The notes under the pieces were generated by a model that saw nothing but the letters and a program-made list of their open reading frames with translations, did no database searches and had not been told where the DNA came from. Source: an uncultured Actinomycetes bacterium (GTDB lineage Bacteria; Actinomycetota; UBA4738; HRBIN12). From it: DNA of 64,000 nucleotides. The stretch lies in assembly GCA_963780015.1 (NCBI GenBank), contig CAWAAO010000007.1, positions 2,599 to 66,598 of the forward strand, read 5' to 3'. This document shows, one piece after another, positions 1 to 10,142 of the stretch (position 1 is the first letter of the stretch; every line of letters begins with the position of its first letter). The position numbers and the translations under genes are program-made.

Positions 1-946
1 CCGGCGCGATCCGGCGTACATCGCTGCCGTCCGGCCGCATGATGTAGATGCCTGTGCCAAATTGCGGCTGGTCGCGCATGTCCTTCGGCGTGATGGCCGG
101 CTGATCGAGGTGACTCGCGAAAGCGATCCATGCGCCGTCGGGTGACCAGGCGGGCTGGATCTCGCCGATGTCCGGCGGTGAGAGCCGCCGAGCGTTCGAG
201 CCGTCGGCGCCCATCACGTAGATGCCCTCGACACCGCCGGTGGTGTCAGAGGCGCCGGCGGCGACGAACGGGCCGGCTGGCGACCACGCGACCCGCCACG
301 CGTGCAGCCCGGAGATCCGCACGACATCCGAGCCGTCGGGACGCATCGTGAAGATGCCACCTCGCGTACCGCCGGTCGCGACGCCGACGACGAGCTGTGA
401 CCCATCGGGCGACCAGTCGACGTCGACGTCGCTCGTGTCCTCCCAGTGTGCGACGGTGCTCGGCTGCGGAGCCGCGACGTCGATAACGCGAAGGTCCGTG
501 CCATCATCGGTGAACACCGCGTAGGCGAACCGCGTGCCGTCGTTGGAGAACGCACGACCTCGGAAGTCGAGGGAACTCCCGAGGGTGTCGATCGTGACCG
601 GGTCGGAACCGTCGATCCCGCCGAGACGAAGGAGGGCATCCGGGTCGTCGGGGATCTCCTGCATCCAGATCGCATGGGTCAGGTCCGGTGACCAATCCCA
701 ATCGACCGAGCGTGGCCCACCCGGAGGCGTAACCGGTGTGTCTTTGCCCCGCTCCATCGTCGTGACGGTCGTCGGTGGCGGCCATGTGGCGGTGCCGTCA
801 ACGAACCAGATCAGGGCGCCGGCCGGATCGCTATTCGCCGCCGGTTCCGGCTCCGAGGAGGAAGTATCCGACCCTCCGCCGGACGCTGAGCAGCCAACCG
901 CGATCAGCAGCGAAGCGATTGCGACGGTGACACCACGTGTCGGCAC
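1..946 (-). CDS. TolB-like PD40/WD40 beta-propeller lipoprotein (3' end lies outside the window)
   Basis: The minus frame is open from 946 to the window edge; it is absent from the ORF track because no stop lies inside the window. GTG at 946 is preceded by GGAGGG (955-960). The N-terminus VPTRGVTVAIASLLIAVGC is a lipoprotein signal with lipobox. PD40 motifs repeat (DVDWSPDGSQL, VAWSPAGPF, PAWSPDGAWIAF). Confidence 0.8.
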   Translation of the reverse strand, partial: MPTRGVTVAIASLLIAVGCSASGGGSDTSSSEPEPAANSDPAGALIWFVDGTATWPPPTTVTTMERGKDTPVTPPGGPRSVDWDWSPDLTHAIWMQEIPDDPDALLRLGGIDGSDPVTIDTLGSSLDFRGRAFSNDGTRFAYAVFTDDGTDLRVIDVAAPQPSTVAHWEDTSDVDVDWSPDGSQLVVGVATGGTRGGIFTMRPDGSDVVRISGLHAWRVAWSPAGPFVAAGASDTTGGVEGIYVMGADGSNARRLSPPDIGEIQPAWSPDGAWIAFASHLDQPAITPKDMRDQPQFGTGIYIMRPDGSDVRRIAP

Positions 947-1136
947 GATCACGACCCTCCTCTGGACGCGCCCCTTGGTTCACCGGGATGCTTCTGTGCC
1001 AGCGAACCTCGGCGCGTGGGGTTGCGTCAACTCGACCGTCTCCGATCCTGTCGAGTTTGACGAGTATCCGTGTTGCGAGTTGAGTGGCACGGGTAGAGGT
1101 CTGGCGGAACCCGTCGACGAGAGCAGGGAGGGTGAT

Positions 1137-2894
1137 ATGCGACGAGTACCGCTGATGGTCTTCGCCGTCACGTTGGTCGTTGGATCGCTCGCAACCTCGG
1201 TGCAGGCGAGCGTTCCGGCAACGACCGCCGGACACGACGCCCGCGTGACGCGACAGACCTACGTGCGTCACGATCTCGGAACCGATCCGACGATCCAGAT
1301 CTGCAACTCGACCGATCCGGCCGACTACGGCAACCTCACGATCAACAACGAGCCGTTCTCGGCGGTCGATCCTGAGCGCCCGGCACTCGTGATCTCCGGC
1401 TGGAACGACTACTGCTCCGACTGGATGGGGCTGGGCTTCTCGACCGATGGCGGCGACACCTGGACGAACTCGCTGGTTCCCGGCTACCCGGCCGACACGT
1501 CCACGGAGGGCAAGCTGTCACCGGAGTTCGTGCGGACCAACAACGCGAGCGACCCGGTCGGCGCCTTCAACCGATCCGGAACGAGGTTCTACTTCGCGTT
1601 CATCGCGTACAACGGCTTCGCGGGGAAGAAGACGAACTCCGACCTGGGCGTCGCGATCTACCGCGTGCGCTCCACCACGGACCCGACATATGACCAGTAT
1701 CCCCTCGACTATCTGCGCACGACCCGAGTGGTGAAGGGGCCCTCCGCCGCCAACTTCCAGGGGAAGTTCACCGACAAGGAGATGATCGAGGTCGACCGCA
1801 CCGGTGGTCCCGGCGACGGGAACGTGTACCTGTGCTGGACGAAGTTCCCGGCGTTCGGCGAGAGCACGGTGTACTTCAGCCGTTCGACCGATCACGGGCT
1901 GACCTTCTCCCGCCCGGTGGCGGTGAGCAAGGAGTTCGCCGGTCAGGGGTGCGACATCGCGGTCGAGCACGACGGCGACGTGTATGTCTCGTGGCGCGAC
2001 TTCGAACTGTCGAGCTCGAAGAAGAACTTCGGCGTCTCGGTGGCGCGGTCCTCCGATCAGGGCCTGACGTGGAACCGACCCGTGAAGGTGGCGAACCTGC
2101 CGCAGTACACGCCGTTCGACGGCACGCGCGATTGTGGCGATGGAGTCGATGCCTGTCCGAGCGGGTTCGTCTTCGCCCGGGTGCCGCTCGAACCGAGGAT
2201 GACGTCGGACCCGACGGGGGCGCTCGATGGCCTCTATGTCGTCGCCCAGGCGAGCGACCCGAGGTCGATCGTCGCGAGCTCCTCGTCCTATTCCTCGGCA
2301 GGCCCCGGACTCGTGGGTCGAGGCGTCATCACGCTCTTCCGTTCGACCGACAACGGCCGCCACTGGTCCGGCCCGTACGCCGTGACATCCCAGACGCGGG
2401 GGCATCAGTTCTTCCCCGATGTCGATGCGTACGACGGCGTGCTCGGCGTTCTCTGGCAGGACAGTCGAGAGGATCCCGCGTACTCCCTGCAGCGACCGAT
2501 CGGGAACACGGCGGGCGCGACGTCCTCCGGCGACGACATCGTCAACACCTACCTGGCGGCCTCGACCGATGGGACGACCTTCGGCGCCGATCTGCAGCTC
2601 TCGAGCGCCGGCAACCAGATGGAGTACGAGATGTTCGATGCCGCCAGCGTGCCCTTCTACGGCGACTACAACTGGCTGTCGCTCGTGGCCGGGCCCGACG
2701 GGAGCGTGATGGGGTACGGCACCTGGACCGACAACCGGGACGTCGTGCCCGGCACGGACCCGCGTGAGGAGACCCAGGACGGGTTCGACGTGAAGGGCTG
2801 CTGGCAAACCGTCGACGGCGTGCTGGTGCGGACGTGCTTCAACGGCGGAGGGTACGACCAGAACATCTACGGCAACAGCGTTTCGATCGGCTAG
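1137..2894 (+). CDS. Secreted BNR/Asp-box repeat (sialidase-like beta-propeller) protein
   Basis: ATG 1137 is in frame with ORF 534..2894, with GGGAGG just upstream. Signal peptide MRRVPLMVFAVTLVVGSLATSVQA. Four Asp-box motifs (S-x-D-x-G-x-T-W/F): STDGGDTW, STDHGLTF, SSDQGLTW, STDNGRHW. Confidence 0.8.
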   Translation: MRRVPLMVFAVTLVVGSLATSVQASVPATTAGHDARVTRQTYVRHDLGTDPTIQICNSTDPADYGNLTINNEPFSAVDPERPALVISGWNDYCSDWMGLGFSTDGGDTWTNSLVPGYPADTSTEGKLSPEFVRTNNASDPVGAFNRSGTRFYFAFIAYNGFAGKKTNSDLGVAIYRVRSTTDPTYDQYPLDYLRTTRVVKGPSAANFQGKFTDKEMIEVDRTGGPGDGNVYLCWTKFPAFGESTVYFSRSTDHGLTFSRPVAVSKEFAGQGCDIAVEHDGDVYVSWRDFELSSSKKNFGVSVARSSDQGLTWNRPVKVANLPQYTPFDGTRDCGDGVDACPSGFVFARVPLEPRMTSDPTGALDGLYVVAQASDPRSIVASSSSYSSAGPGLVGRGVITLFRSTDNGRHWSGPYAVTSQTRGHQFFPDVDAYDGVLGVLWQDSREDPAYSLQRPIGNTAGATSSGDDIVNTYLAASTDGTTFGADLQLSSAGNQMEYEMFDAASVPFYGDYNWLSLVAGPDGSVMGYGTWTDNRDVVPGTDPREETQDGFDVKGCWQTVDGVLVRTCFNGGGYDQNIYGNSVSIG

Positions 2895-2908
2895 GCCGGT
2901 CGTGTGAG

Positions 2909-2934
2909 GCGGCCGGGGGAATTCCCCCGGCCGC
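2909..2934 (+). terminator. GC-rich perfect hairpin after the BNR gene (no T-tract)
   Basis: GCGGCCGGGGG-AATT-CCCCCGGCCGC, an 11-bp stem starting 15 nt after the stop at 2894. It sits in the 175-nt gap before the cyclase gene. Confidence 0.5.
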
Positions 2935-3068
2935 GGCGCGCGAAAAACCCGAGCTACGGCACGTGTGGCACCGCCAGGTCGACAGGCCGTCATCGGCCGA
3001 GCGTCGCGCCGAGGCAGAAGGAACAAGATGGCCCCTCGCTGCAGAGACCGGTCAACCAGGGGGGAACC

Positions 3069-4643
3069 ATGTCGACCAGCGCGGAGGCGACTCCATCCTC
3101 GCTCACCACGAACGATCTCGGTCCGTTGCCGACGTTCCTGCGTCCTTTCGTGGACTGGGTCGCGCGGCTGCCGACGACCGTCCACATCAAGTTGCTCGCA
3201 GGGTTCGGCGTGATCGCGATCCTGATGTTCTCGATGGGGATCGTCTGCGTCGGCGTCCTCAATCGTGTCGACCATCAGGTCGACACGCTCACCGCGCTCA
3301 ACGAACAGGCGAGCCAGGCGCGGGACATGATCTATGAGGTCACGGCGCAGAGCCACTATCGCGCGATGGCGCTGATCACGCGGGACGACATCTGGCTGGA
3401 CAAGATCTACGCCGCCAAGGCGCAGTTCCTCGACCAGATCGCGTGGATGCGTGCCAACGCCATCCCGGATCGGACCGAGTTCCTCGACGAGCTGTCGGTG
3501 ACGAACAACCGGTTCGCGATCTCGAGTGATGTCGTCACGAACCTGTATCGGCAGGGCGAGATCGACGCCGCGCTCAAGTTGCACATCGATCAGGAGCACG
3601 CGATCTCCCACGAGCTGGAGGACTCGCTCAAGCTGATGATCGCCGACTCGCAGGCGCTGGTCGTCGAGGAGACGGAGGCGTTCGCGCACAACCGTCGCTT
3701 CCTGACGATCGCCGTCGCGGGGTTCTCGCTCGTGAGCCTGCTCGGCGCGCTGGCGCTCGGCGCGATCCTGTCGTGGTCGCTGATCCGCCCGGTTCGCCAG
3801 GTGGACGACGCGCTCGAGTCGATCGCACAGGGCGAGTTCGGTGGGCGTGTCGAGGTGCCGAACCGCGACGAGTTCGGCCACCTCACCGCCAACCTCAATC
3901 GCACGAGCGTGCAGCTCGCGACGGTCTACGGCGACCTCGAGACCCTGAACGCCGATCTGCAGGCGGCGGTCGACGTCAAGGTCGGCGAGCTCGAACGCGC
4001 GACACGGCTGAAGCGGTACCTCTCTCCGGGGCTCGCGGAGTCGATCATCTCGGGGGAGCGCGACGTCACGCTCCGCCCACGTCGCAAGTTCCTCACCACG
4101 TTCTTCTCCGACGTGCGGGGCTTCACGGCCGCCGCCGAGCGGATGGAGCCGGAGGAGCTCGTCGATCACCTCAACGACTATCTCGCCGAGATGACGGAGA
4201 TCGTCTTCCGACACGGCGGCACGCTCGACAAGTACGTGGGCGATGCGCTGATGGTCTTCTTCGGCGATCCGGTCCCGCAGCCCGATCATGCCGAGCGCGC
4301 CGTCCGGATGGGGTTGGAGATGCGCGAGCGGATGCTCTCTCTGCACGAGACGTGGCTGCGGAAATATCGGGAGTCGTTCAAGATCGGTATCGGGATCTCC
4401 ACGGGCTGGGTGACGGTCGGCGACATCGGCACGGCCGCCCGGAGCGACTACACGGTGCTCGGCAACGAGGTGAACCTGGCATCCCGGCTGGCGGACCGCG
4501 CCGAGGCGGGTCAGATCCTGGTGACCGAGCGCACCATGCTCGAGGTCGAGGAGCTCGTCGACGGCAAGGCGATCGACGAGATCAGCCTGAAGGGGATCAG
4601 CAGGCCGATCAAGGTGTTCGAGGTGCTGCCCAGGACCGGGTAG
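3069..4643 (+). CDS. Class III adenylate/guanylate cyclase with N-terminal TM sensor region and HAMP domain
   Basis: ATG 3069 is in frame with ORF 2904..4643, with GGGGGA upstream. It has two TM segments and a HAMP region (LIRPVRQVDDALESIAQGEFGGRVEV). The cyclase core reads FFSDVRGFT, GDALMVFFG, GISTGWVTVGDIG, TVLGNEVNLASRL. Confidence 0.9.
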   Translation: MSTSAEATPSSLTTNDLGPLPTFLRPFVDWVARLPTTVHIKLLAGFGVIAILMFSMGIVCVGVLNRVDHQVDTLTALNEQASQARDMIYEVTAQSHYRAMALITRDDIWLDKIYAAKAQFLDQIAWMRANAIPDRTEFLDELSVTNNRFAISSDVVTNLYRQGEIDAALKLHIDQEHAISHELEDSLKLMIADSQALVVEETEAFAHNRRFLTIAVAGFSLVSLLGALALGAILSWSLIRPVRQVDDALESIAQGEFGGRVEVPNRDEFGHLTANLNRTSVQLATVYGDLETLNADLQAAVDVKVGELERATRLKRYLSPGLAESIISGERDVTLRPRRKFLTTFFSDVRGFTAAAERMEPEELVDHLNDYLAEMTEIVFRHGGTLDKYVGDALMVFFGDPVPQPDHAERAVRMGLEMRERMLSLHETWLRKYRESFKIGIGISTGWVTVGDIGTAARSDYTVLGNEVNLASRLADRAEAGQILVTERTMLEVEELVDGKAIDEISLKGISRPIKVFEVLPRTG

Positions 4644-4693
4644 GCCCGTGATGTCCGCTCCAGTCGGACAGCATTGCTGTCGAACACTGGTCT

Positions 4694-5249
4694 GTGGACA
4701 CGAACCCCAACGCAACGCGGGAGCGTCGGCGCGCCTCACCCGTGCGCACGGGTCTCGCGCGCCTGCTCGGGGCGCATGCGACCGAGCGGGTCGAACGTCT
4801 GGTGGCTGGGGCAGCTCCCCGCCGGATGGCACCTCGTGCACGACGTTCCGGTGGGGGACGGAGACACCATCGACCACATGATCGTCGGGCCTGCCGGCGC
4901 CTTCGCCGTCAACGCGAAGGACGTGACCGGGCAGGTGTGGGTCGGGGCAACCGGCATCCGCATCAACGGTCATGCCACCGACGACGTGTGGAGGTTGCTG
5001 CGTGGCGCGGAGCGTGCGGCTCGCCTGCTCTCGGCCGAGCTGGAGCACCGGGTCGCGGTGCACCCGGTGCTGACGATCCTGGCCGATGGGTGGACGATCC
5101 AGGAGGCGCCGAGCGACGTGTTCATCGGCCCGCCTCGCATCGTGAAGGATCGACTGCTCCGCGGGCTGCCCGCCGCCCTGAGCACACTCGAGGTGACGGC
5201 GATCGCGGCTGCGGCCGCACGTCTCTCGACGTGGGACGAGATCTCCTGA
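4694..5249 (+). CDS. NERD domain protein with its reading frame broken once at a GGGG run (the intact downstream ORF alone would be 4776..5249)
   Basis: ORF 4674..5249 carries the NERD core (GWHLVHDVPVGDGDTIDHMIVGPAGAFAVNAKD). ORF 4694.. in the other frame gives a typical N-terminal ..LLGAHATERVERLVAG. Removing one G from 4808-4811 joins them as ERLVAGQLPAGWHLVHD. Confidence 0.7.
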
Positions 5250-5268
5250 GGATCGGGCGACCCCCGCG

Positions 5269-5298
5269 TTGACCCTCTGACGCCTTCCGGCGTAGGTT
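5269..5298 (+). promoter_or_regulatory. Candidate promoter TTGACC-18 nt-TAGGTT for the YjbR-like gene (near-leaderless)
   Basis: TTGACC at 5269-5274 and TAGGTT (TANNNT type) at 5293-5298. The ATG at 5309 lies only ~11 nt after the -10 and has no SD sequence. Confidence 0.35.
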
Positions 5299-5308
5299 CG
5301 CTCGACAG

Positions 5309-5707
5309 ATGGCCGACCAGCGGGACGTGCGCCGCATCGCCCTGACGCTCCCGGAGGCCGAGGAGGACGGCGACGATTTCGCGTTCTCCGTGCCCGCCGG
5401 GAAGAAACGCAAAGGGTTCGCGTGGGTGTGGAAGGAGCGCGTCGAGCCGAAGAAGCCCCGCGTGCCCAACCCCGACGTGCTGGCGGTGCGCGTGGCGAAC
5501 GAGGCCGAGAAGCAGATGCTGATCGCCGCCCAGCCGGAGACGTACTTCACCGAGCCGCACTACAACGGGTTCCCCGCGGTGCTGGTGCGGCTGGCCGCGA
5601 TCGAGCTCGACGAGCTCGAGGAACTGCTGATCGACGGGTGGCGATGCCAGGCGCCTCGCGCGCTGGTGAAGGCCTGGGACGAGGCGCACCCGGCGGCCGA
5701 GGCCTGA
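5309..5707 (+). CDS. MmcQ/YjbR family DNA-binding protein
   Basis: 132-aa ORF with the typical family pattern (DVRRIALTLPEAEE..F.V..K.FAW....R...........AVRV.. TEPHYNGFPAVLVRL..I..DEL.ELL..WR..AP). Confidence 0.75.
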   Translation: MADQRDVRRIALTLPEAEEDGDDFAFSVPAGKKRKGFAWVWKERVEPKKPRVPNPDVLAVRVANEAEKQMLIAAQPETYFTEPHYNGFPAVLVRLAAIELDELEELLIDGWRCQAPRALVKAWDEAHPAAEA

Positions 5708-5710
5708 GGC

Positions 5711-6076
5711 TCAGGCCGGCTCGAACAGCTCGATCGGGTTGCCGGCCGGATCCTCCACCAGGATCTGTCTGCCGCCGGGGCCCTCGACGATGTCGTTGCG
5801 GAACACGGCGCCGCCGGCGCGCAGACGCTCGATGTGCGCGGCGAGATCGTCGGTGGTGAGCACGATCCGGTTCCACCCGCCCGGCTCGGGCTGTCGCCCG
5901 TCGGGCATCGGGCGCGCCGCCGAGCTGATCGGGCCGGCGAGCCACAGATCGAGGTCGCCGCGCCGGACGATCGCCATCGCGGGCCCGTAGCGCTCGATCT
6001 CCTCGAAGCCCAGGGCATCGACGTAGAACGCCACACAGCGGGCAACATCGTCGACCAGGTACCGGACCGTCGCCAT
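5711..6076 (-). CDS. VOC (glyoxalase/bleomycin-resistance/dioxygenase) family protein
   Basis: 121-aa ORF with MATVRYLVDDVARCVAFYVDALGFE .. and DPAGNPIELFE at the C-terminus, typical of the VOC fold. Its stop lies 3 nt from the convergent YjbR stop. Confidence 0.8.
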   Translation of the reverse strand: MATVRYLVDDVARCVAFYVDALGFEEIERYGPAMAIVRRGDLDLWLAGPISSAARPMPDGRQPEPGGWNRIVLTTDDLAAHIERLRAGGAVFRNDIVEGPGGRQILVEDPAGNPIELFEPA

Positions 6077-6085
6077 CGCCCGACG

Positions 6086-7511
6086 CTACCCGCTCAGGAT
6101 CCGAACGTCGTAGGTCTGCACGTCGAAGGTGTCGCCGAGCTCGTCGGTCGGCGTGACGGTGACGGTGGAGCCGTCCACCGTGACCAGCAGGAAGTGGTAG
6201 ACCTGCTCGACCGCCGTCGGTGCGATCGCGTCCGCCGCACGCGCTGCCGTGGGTGGCCGCCACGTAGTCCCAGCCGATCGCGTACTGGTCGATCGGCGTG
6301 CACGCGCTGACGGGCTCGAGCCGGGCGCCGGCACCGCCCGTCACGTAGCTCACCGGCATGTCCGGTGCCGACGGCGCGTTGCGCTCGTAGATGTGCGCGT
6401 GCCCGTTGAACACCACGTCGACCCCGTGGTCGGCCAGGAGCCCCTCCAGGTTGCTCGGCCCGTTGAGCCACGTGTCGGTGGCCTCGGTCGCGTTGTCGGT
6501 GTACAGGGGGAAGTGGAAGAACGCGAACGACAACGTCTTCGGATGTGCCTGCAGGTCGTCTTGCAGCCACTGGTACTCGTCGCTGTCGACGGTCCAGTGC
6601 GCGTCGTGATCGTTCTTGTAGAGGTCCGCGGTGCCGACGTTGCCGTTGTCCCACGCGGCGTCGAGCACGTAGAACCGGGCTCGGCCCGGCGTTGAACGCG
6701 TACCACTCGCTCGGATAGGAGGCCGACGAGGTGCCGTTCGCACAGCAGTAGGTTTCCGTCTCGTAGCGGCCCCCCGAGGAGGCGACCGCCTTGTCCTGGG
6801 GCCAGTTCGTCAACGCGGCGGTGTTCAGACCGTGGTTGCCCTGGACGTTGAACAGCGGGATCGAGGCACCGGCCTGTGTCCAGAAGGCGGGACCGAAGAT
6901 CGTGCTCGTGCTTCCCCCGGTCTGCTGGAGGTCGCCGTAGTTCAGCTGTGACCCGTCGGGATAGGCGGTGTCGCCGGTCGTGACCGCGAAGCGCGCGCCG
7001 CTGGCCGCGATCTGGCGCGATCACGTTCTCCTGATCGCTGTTGACGCCGCTCGGACCGACGAGCCCCCAGTCGCCGATCACCGCGAACGAGAACGCCGAT
7101 GGACGATCGTGGCGGGACCTGCGAGCGGAAGGTCGGGCGCCGGTCCCGGACCGAGGAGCCGCTCACCGCCCCCGATGATCCGGTAGCAGTACCGGGCGTC
7201 CTTGGCGAGCCCCGTGAGCTCGGCCTTCCATTGGTACTCGGGGATCGCGCCGACGGTGATGGGCGTCGACGGTCGCGGTCGTCTTGTGGGCGTGGCAGGT
7301 CTCGACGCCCACCCGGCCGTAGGTGACCCGTCCGGATCGCGATCGCGGTCGTGGTCGCCCAGTTCACGGTGACGTGGCGGCCGACGAGGTCGGTCAGATA
7401 CGGATACCGCGTCAGCGAGGCCGACGGGCTCGCGGCGGTTGGCATCGCGAACGCCGCCGAGGCGATCGCCACGGCGGCGAGTCCAGCCAACAACCTGTTC
7501 CATCGCGGCAC
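6086..7511 (-). pseudogene. Secreted metallophosphoesterase (purple-acid-phosphatase-like) with seven reading-frame breaks
   Basis: Assembled from minus ORFs 6942..7667, 7078..8004, 6350..7081, 6094..6813, 5547..6743 and 6086..6334. GTG 7511 follows GGAAGGAA. There is a signal peptide, then VTYGRVGVETCH, FSFAVIGDWG, NVQGNHG, FFHFPLY, VVFNGHAHIYER, VYHFLLVTVDGSTVTVTP. Breaks lie near 7328, 7262, 7136, 7096, 7014, 6683 and 6234. Confidence 0.85.
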
Positions 7512-7656
7512 GGTGATGTTCCTTCCCGGGCGGGAGATCTCGAAACGTCGGGCCCGAATGGTAGCCGCCGGGACGCGGTCGTCGGAACGGACGTCGGTCT
7601 CGGTTGACACGACCTTCGGCGTGGCAGCAGGCTGAGGCCGAACGCAGCGAGAGGGG

Positions 7657-8040
7657 ATGAACGACATCGAGACGACGTTGGCACCATGGCTGTCCGTCGA
7701 TGACGCGCAGGGGGCGGTCGACTTCTATGCGGCCGCCTTCGGCGCAGCCGAGGCGTATCGCCTCGACGACGATGGGCGTCTTGCCGTCGCGCGGCTCGTC
7801 CTCGGTGCCGCGGAGTTCTGGGTGCAAGAGGACTCGGAGGCCGCGCACGAGCGACGCGAGCACGAACCGATCCGATTGATCCTGTCGGTCGACGATCCCG
7901 ACGGCGTGTGCAGGCGCGCCGTCGCGGCAGGGGCCACGGTCGTCTCGCCGGTCTCCGAGGACCATGGCTGGCGCACCGGCAGGATCGTCGACCCGTTCGG
8001 TCATGCGTGGGAGATCAGCAGGCAGCTCGACGACGTATGA
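7657..8040 (+). CDS. VOC family protein, PhnB-like
   Basis: 127-aa ORF with LAPWLSVDDAQGAVDFYAAAFGA .. HGWRTGRIVDPFGHAWEI. Its stop overlaps the next start (ATGA at 8037-8040). Confidence 0.8.
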   Translation: MNDIETTLAPWLSVDDAQGAVDFYAAAFGAAEAYRLDDDGRLAVARLVLGAAEFWVQEDSEAAHERREHEPIRLILSVDDPDGVCRRAVAAGATVVSPVSEDHGWRTGRIVDPFGHAWEISRQLDDV

Positions 8041-9099
8041 GCGAACCCGTGCTGGCGAACGATGCGATCAGCGTGCTCCTGCTCGCCGAGGCTTCGCACC
8101 AAGAGGGGCACCGGCGCCGAGCGCTCGAGGGAGCCGCGAAGGCCGCGTGGACCTGGGAGGAAGAGGCGGCGAGCCTCCTGGCCGCCGACCGTTCGCTGAC
8201 CGAGCTGCGCGCCGTCGGCCCATGGGTCGAGGAGCTGATCCTGGGGTGGTTCGCCGATCCGCCCGCGGTGCCCGAGCCCGACGAGACGCGCCGCGGGTTC
8301 CTCACCACCGCGAGGGTCCGTGCCGTGCTGCTCGACGCACCGGAGTGGCTCGCCGCCCCGCACGGGGACCTCCAGGTGCACAGCACCGACAGCGACGGCG
8401 CGCTGCCGCTGGAGGAGATGGCCGATGCGGCCGTCAAGGTCGGCCGCGCCTACATCGGCGTGCACCGACCACTCGACGAGCCTGAAGATCGCCCACGGCA
8501 TGACGCGCGAGGAGATCGAGGCGCAGGCGCTCCGGATCGAGGCGCGCAACGACGCCGAGGCGGCGGCGGGCTCGTCCTTCCGGCTGCTGCGATCGATCGA
8601 GATGGATGTGTTCTCCGACGGGTCGGGCGACATGGAGCCCGAGGTGCTCGCGGGGCTCGACCTCGTGCTCGGCGCGTTCCACAGCAAGCTCCGCGATCCG
8701 AACGACGTGACGGATCGCTACCTGGCCGCGCTCGCGAACCCCGACGTGCACGTGCTCGCGCACCCCACCACCCGCATGTTCGGGCGGCGGCGCGGGCTGA
8801 TCGCCGACTGGCCGCGCGTGTTCGCCGAGGCCGCCCGGCTGGGCAAGGCGATCGAGCTCGACGCGACGCCGCGGCGTCAGGACCTCAACGTGGAGCTCGC
8901 CCGGATCGCCGTCGCCGAGGGCGTGCGCTGGTTCTCGATGGGCAGCGACGCGCACGACGCCGCCGAGCTCGGGCACCTGCCGATCGCGATGGCGACCGCG
9001 GCGCTTGCCGGGGTCCCGCCCGAGCGCATCCTCAACTACCGGCCGGCCGACGAGGTCATCGCGTGGGCGGCGGGCGTGCGGGCGGGGGAGGCGGCGTGA
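8037..9099 (+). CDS. PHP-domain phosphoesterase with N-terminal HhH-like region (PolX-type PHP without a polymerase core); one frame break near 8460
   Basis: ATG 8037 is in frame with ORF 7908.. (LTELRAVGPWVEELILGWF; PHP motif DLQVHSTDSDG). It continues in ORF 8320..9099 (TDHSTSLKIAHGMT .. LGAFHSK .. VLAHPT .. ELDATP .. SMGSDAHD). The length is 3n+1. Confidence 0.8.
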
Positions 9100-10142
9100 C
9101 GCGGCGCGGGGTCGGCCCGATGCTCGCGAAGCTCCAGCCCGAGATCCCGCGGGGCGAGGGCTGGAGCTACGAGCCGAAGTGGGACGGGTTCCGCACGATC
9201 GTCACGGTCGGTGACGGCGGCGTCGAGCTCGAGAGCCGCACCGACCGTCCGATGGGGCGCTACTTCCCCGAGATCGTCGAGCTGGTGGCGGCTCGGGGCA
9301 CCGGACCGCTCGTCGCCGACGGGGAGATCGTGATGGTGCGGCCCGAGGGCCTGTCCTTCGACGAGCTGCAGCTGCGGCTGCATCCGGCGGCCTCGCGTGT
9401 GCGCATGCTGGCGGCGGAGATCCCGGCGACGCTGATCCTGTTCGATCTGCTCGAGGAGGGCGGCGAGGATCTGCGCGCGCGTCCGCTCCAGGAGCGGCGC
9501 GCCCGGTTGGCGTCGCTCGCCGAACGGATCGGCGCCGAGCGCACGCCCGAGCAGCTGGACGAGCTGCCGCCGGGCCCGGAGCTCCGTCTGACGCCGTGGA
9601 CCGAGGCGATCGAGGACGCCGAGCGTTGGTACGCGGACGAGGCCGGGCTCGGGCAGGACGGCATCGTCGCCAAGCGGATCGATCAGCCCTATCAGCCCGG
9701 GGTGCGCGGCTGGGTCAAGGTGAAGCACCGCTCGACCGCGGACTGCGTGGTGGGCGGCTACCGCCTCGCCAAGGACGGCGACGGCGTCGGGTCGCTGCTG
9801 CTCGGGCTGTTCGACGCCGAGGGCAGGTTGCACTACGTCGGTCACACGTCGTCGTTCCGCGCCGCGGAGCGCCGCGCGATCCTCGAGGCGCTCGCGCCGC
9901 TCGAGGGCGGCGCGGGCTTCGGCGAGGACGCGCGCTCGCCCGGCGGGCAGAGCCGGTGGACGGCGGGTCGCGAGTCCGAGTGGGTGCCGCTCGATCCGGT
10001 CGTGGTGTGCGAGGTCTCGTTCGACCGCATGCAGCACGGTCGCTTCCGGCATGCCGCGACGTTCGTGCGCTGGCGCGAGGACCGCACGCCCGCCTCGTGC
10101 ACCTTCGATCAGGTCGACGGCTCGCCGCCCTCCTGGGGCTGA
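9096..10142 (+). CDS. ligC: ATP-dependent DNA ligase, LigC type (ligase plus OB domains only)
   Basis: GTG 9096 overlaps the PHP stop (GTGA); an alternative ATG lies at 9120. Motif I is EPKWDGFR, followed by DGEIV, ILFDLL, DGIVAKR, WVKVKH and a C-terminal OB region. In frame with ORF 7908..10142. Confidence 0.85.
   Translation: MTRRGVGPMLAKLQPEIPRGEGWSYEPKWDGFRTIVTVGDGGVELESRTDRPMGRYFPEIVELVAARGTGPLVADGEIVMVRPEGLSFDELQLRLHPAASRVRMLAAEIPATLILFDLLEEGGEDLRARPLQERRARLASLAERIGAERTPEQLDELPPGPELRLTPWTEAIEDAERWYADEAGLGQDGIVAKRIDQPYQPGVRGWVKVKHRSTADCVVGGYRLAKDGDGVGSLLLGLFDAEGRLHYVGHTSSFRAAERRAILEALAPLEGGAGFGEDARSPGGQSRWTAGRESEWVPLDPVVVCEVSFDRMQHGRFRHAATFVRWREDRTPASCTFDQVDGSPPSWG

Noticed and set aside
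1518-5063. A 1181-aa minus-strand ORF spanning the BNR, cyclase and NERD genes.
   Set aside because: Its translation is Arg/Gly/Pro/Ala/His-rich with no recognisable motifs. It is antisense to genes with clear family signatures, RBSs and signal peptides. Long stop-free antisense frames are expected at this GC content.
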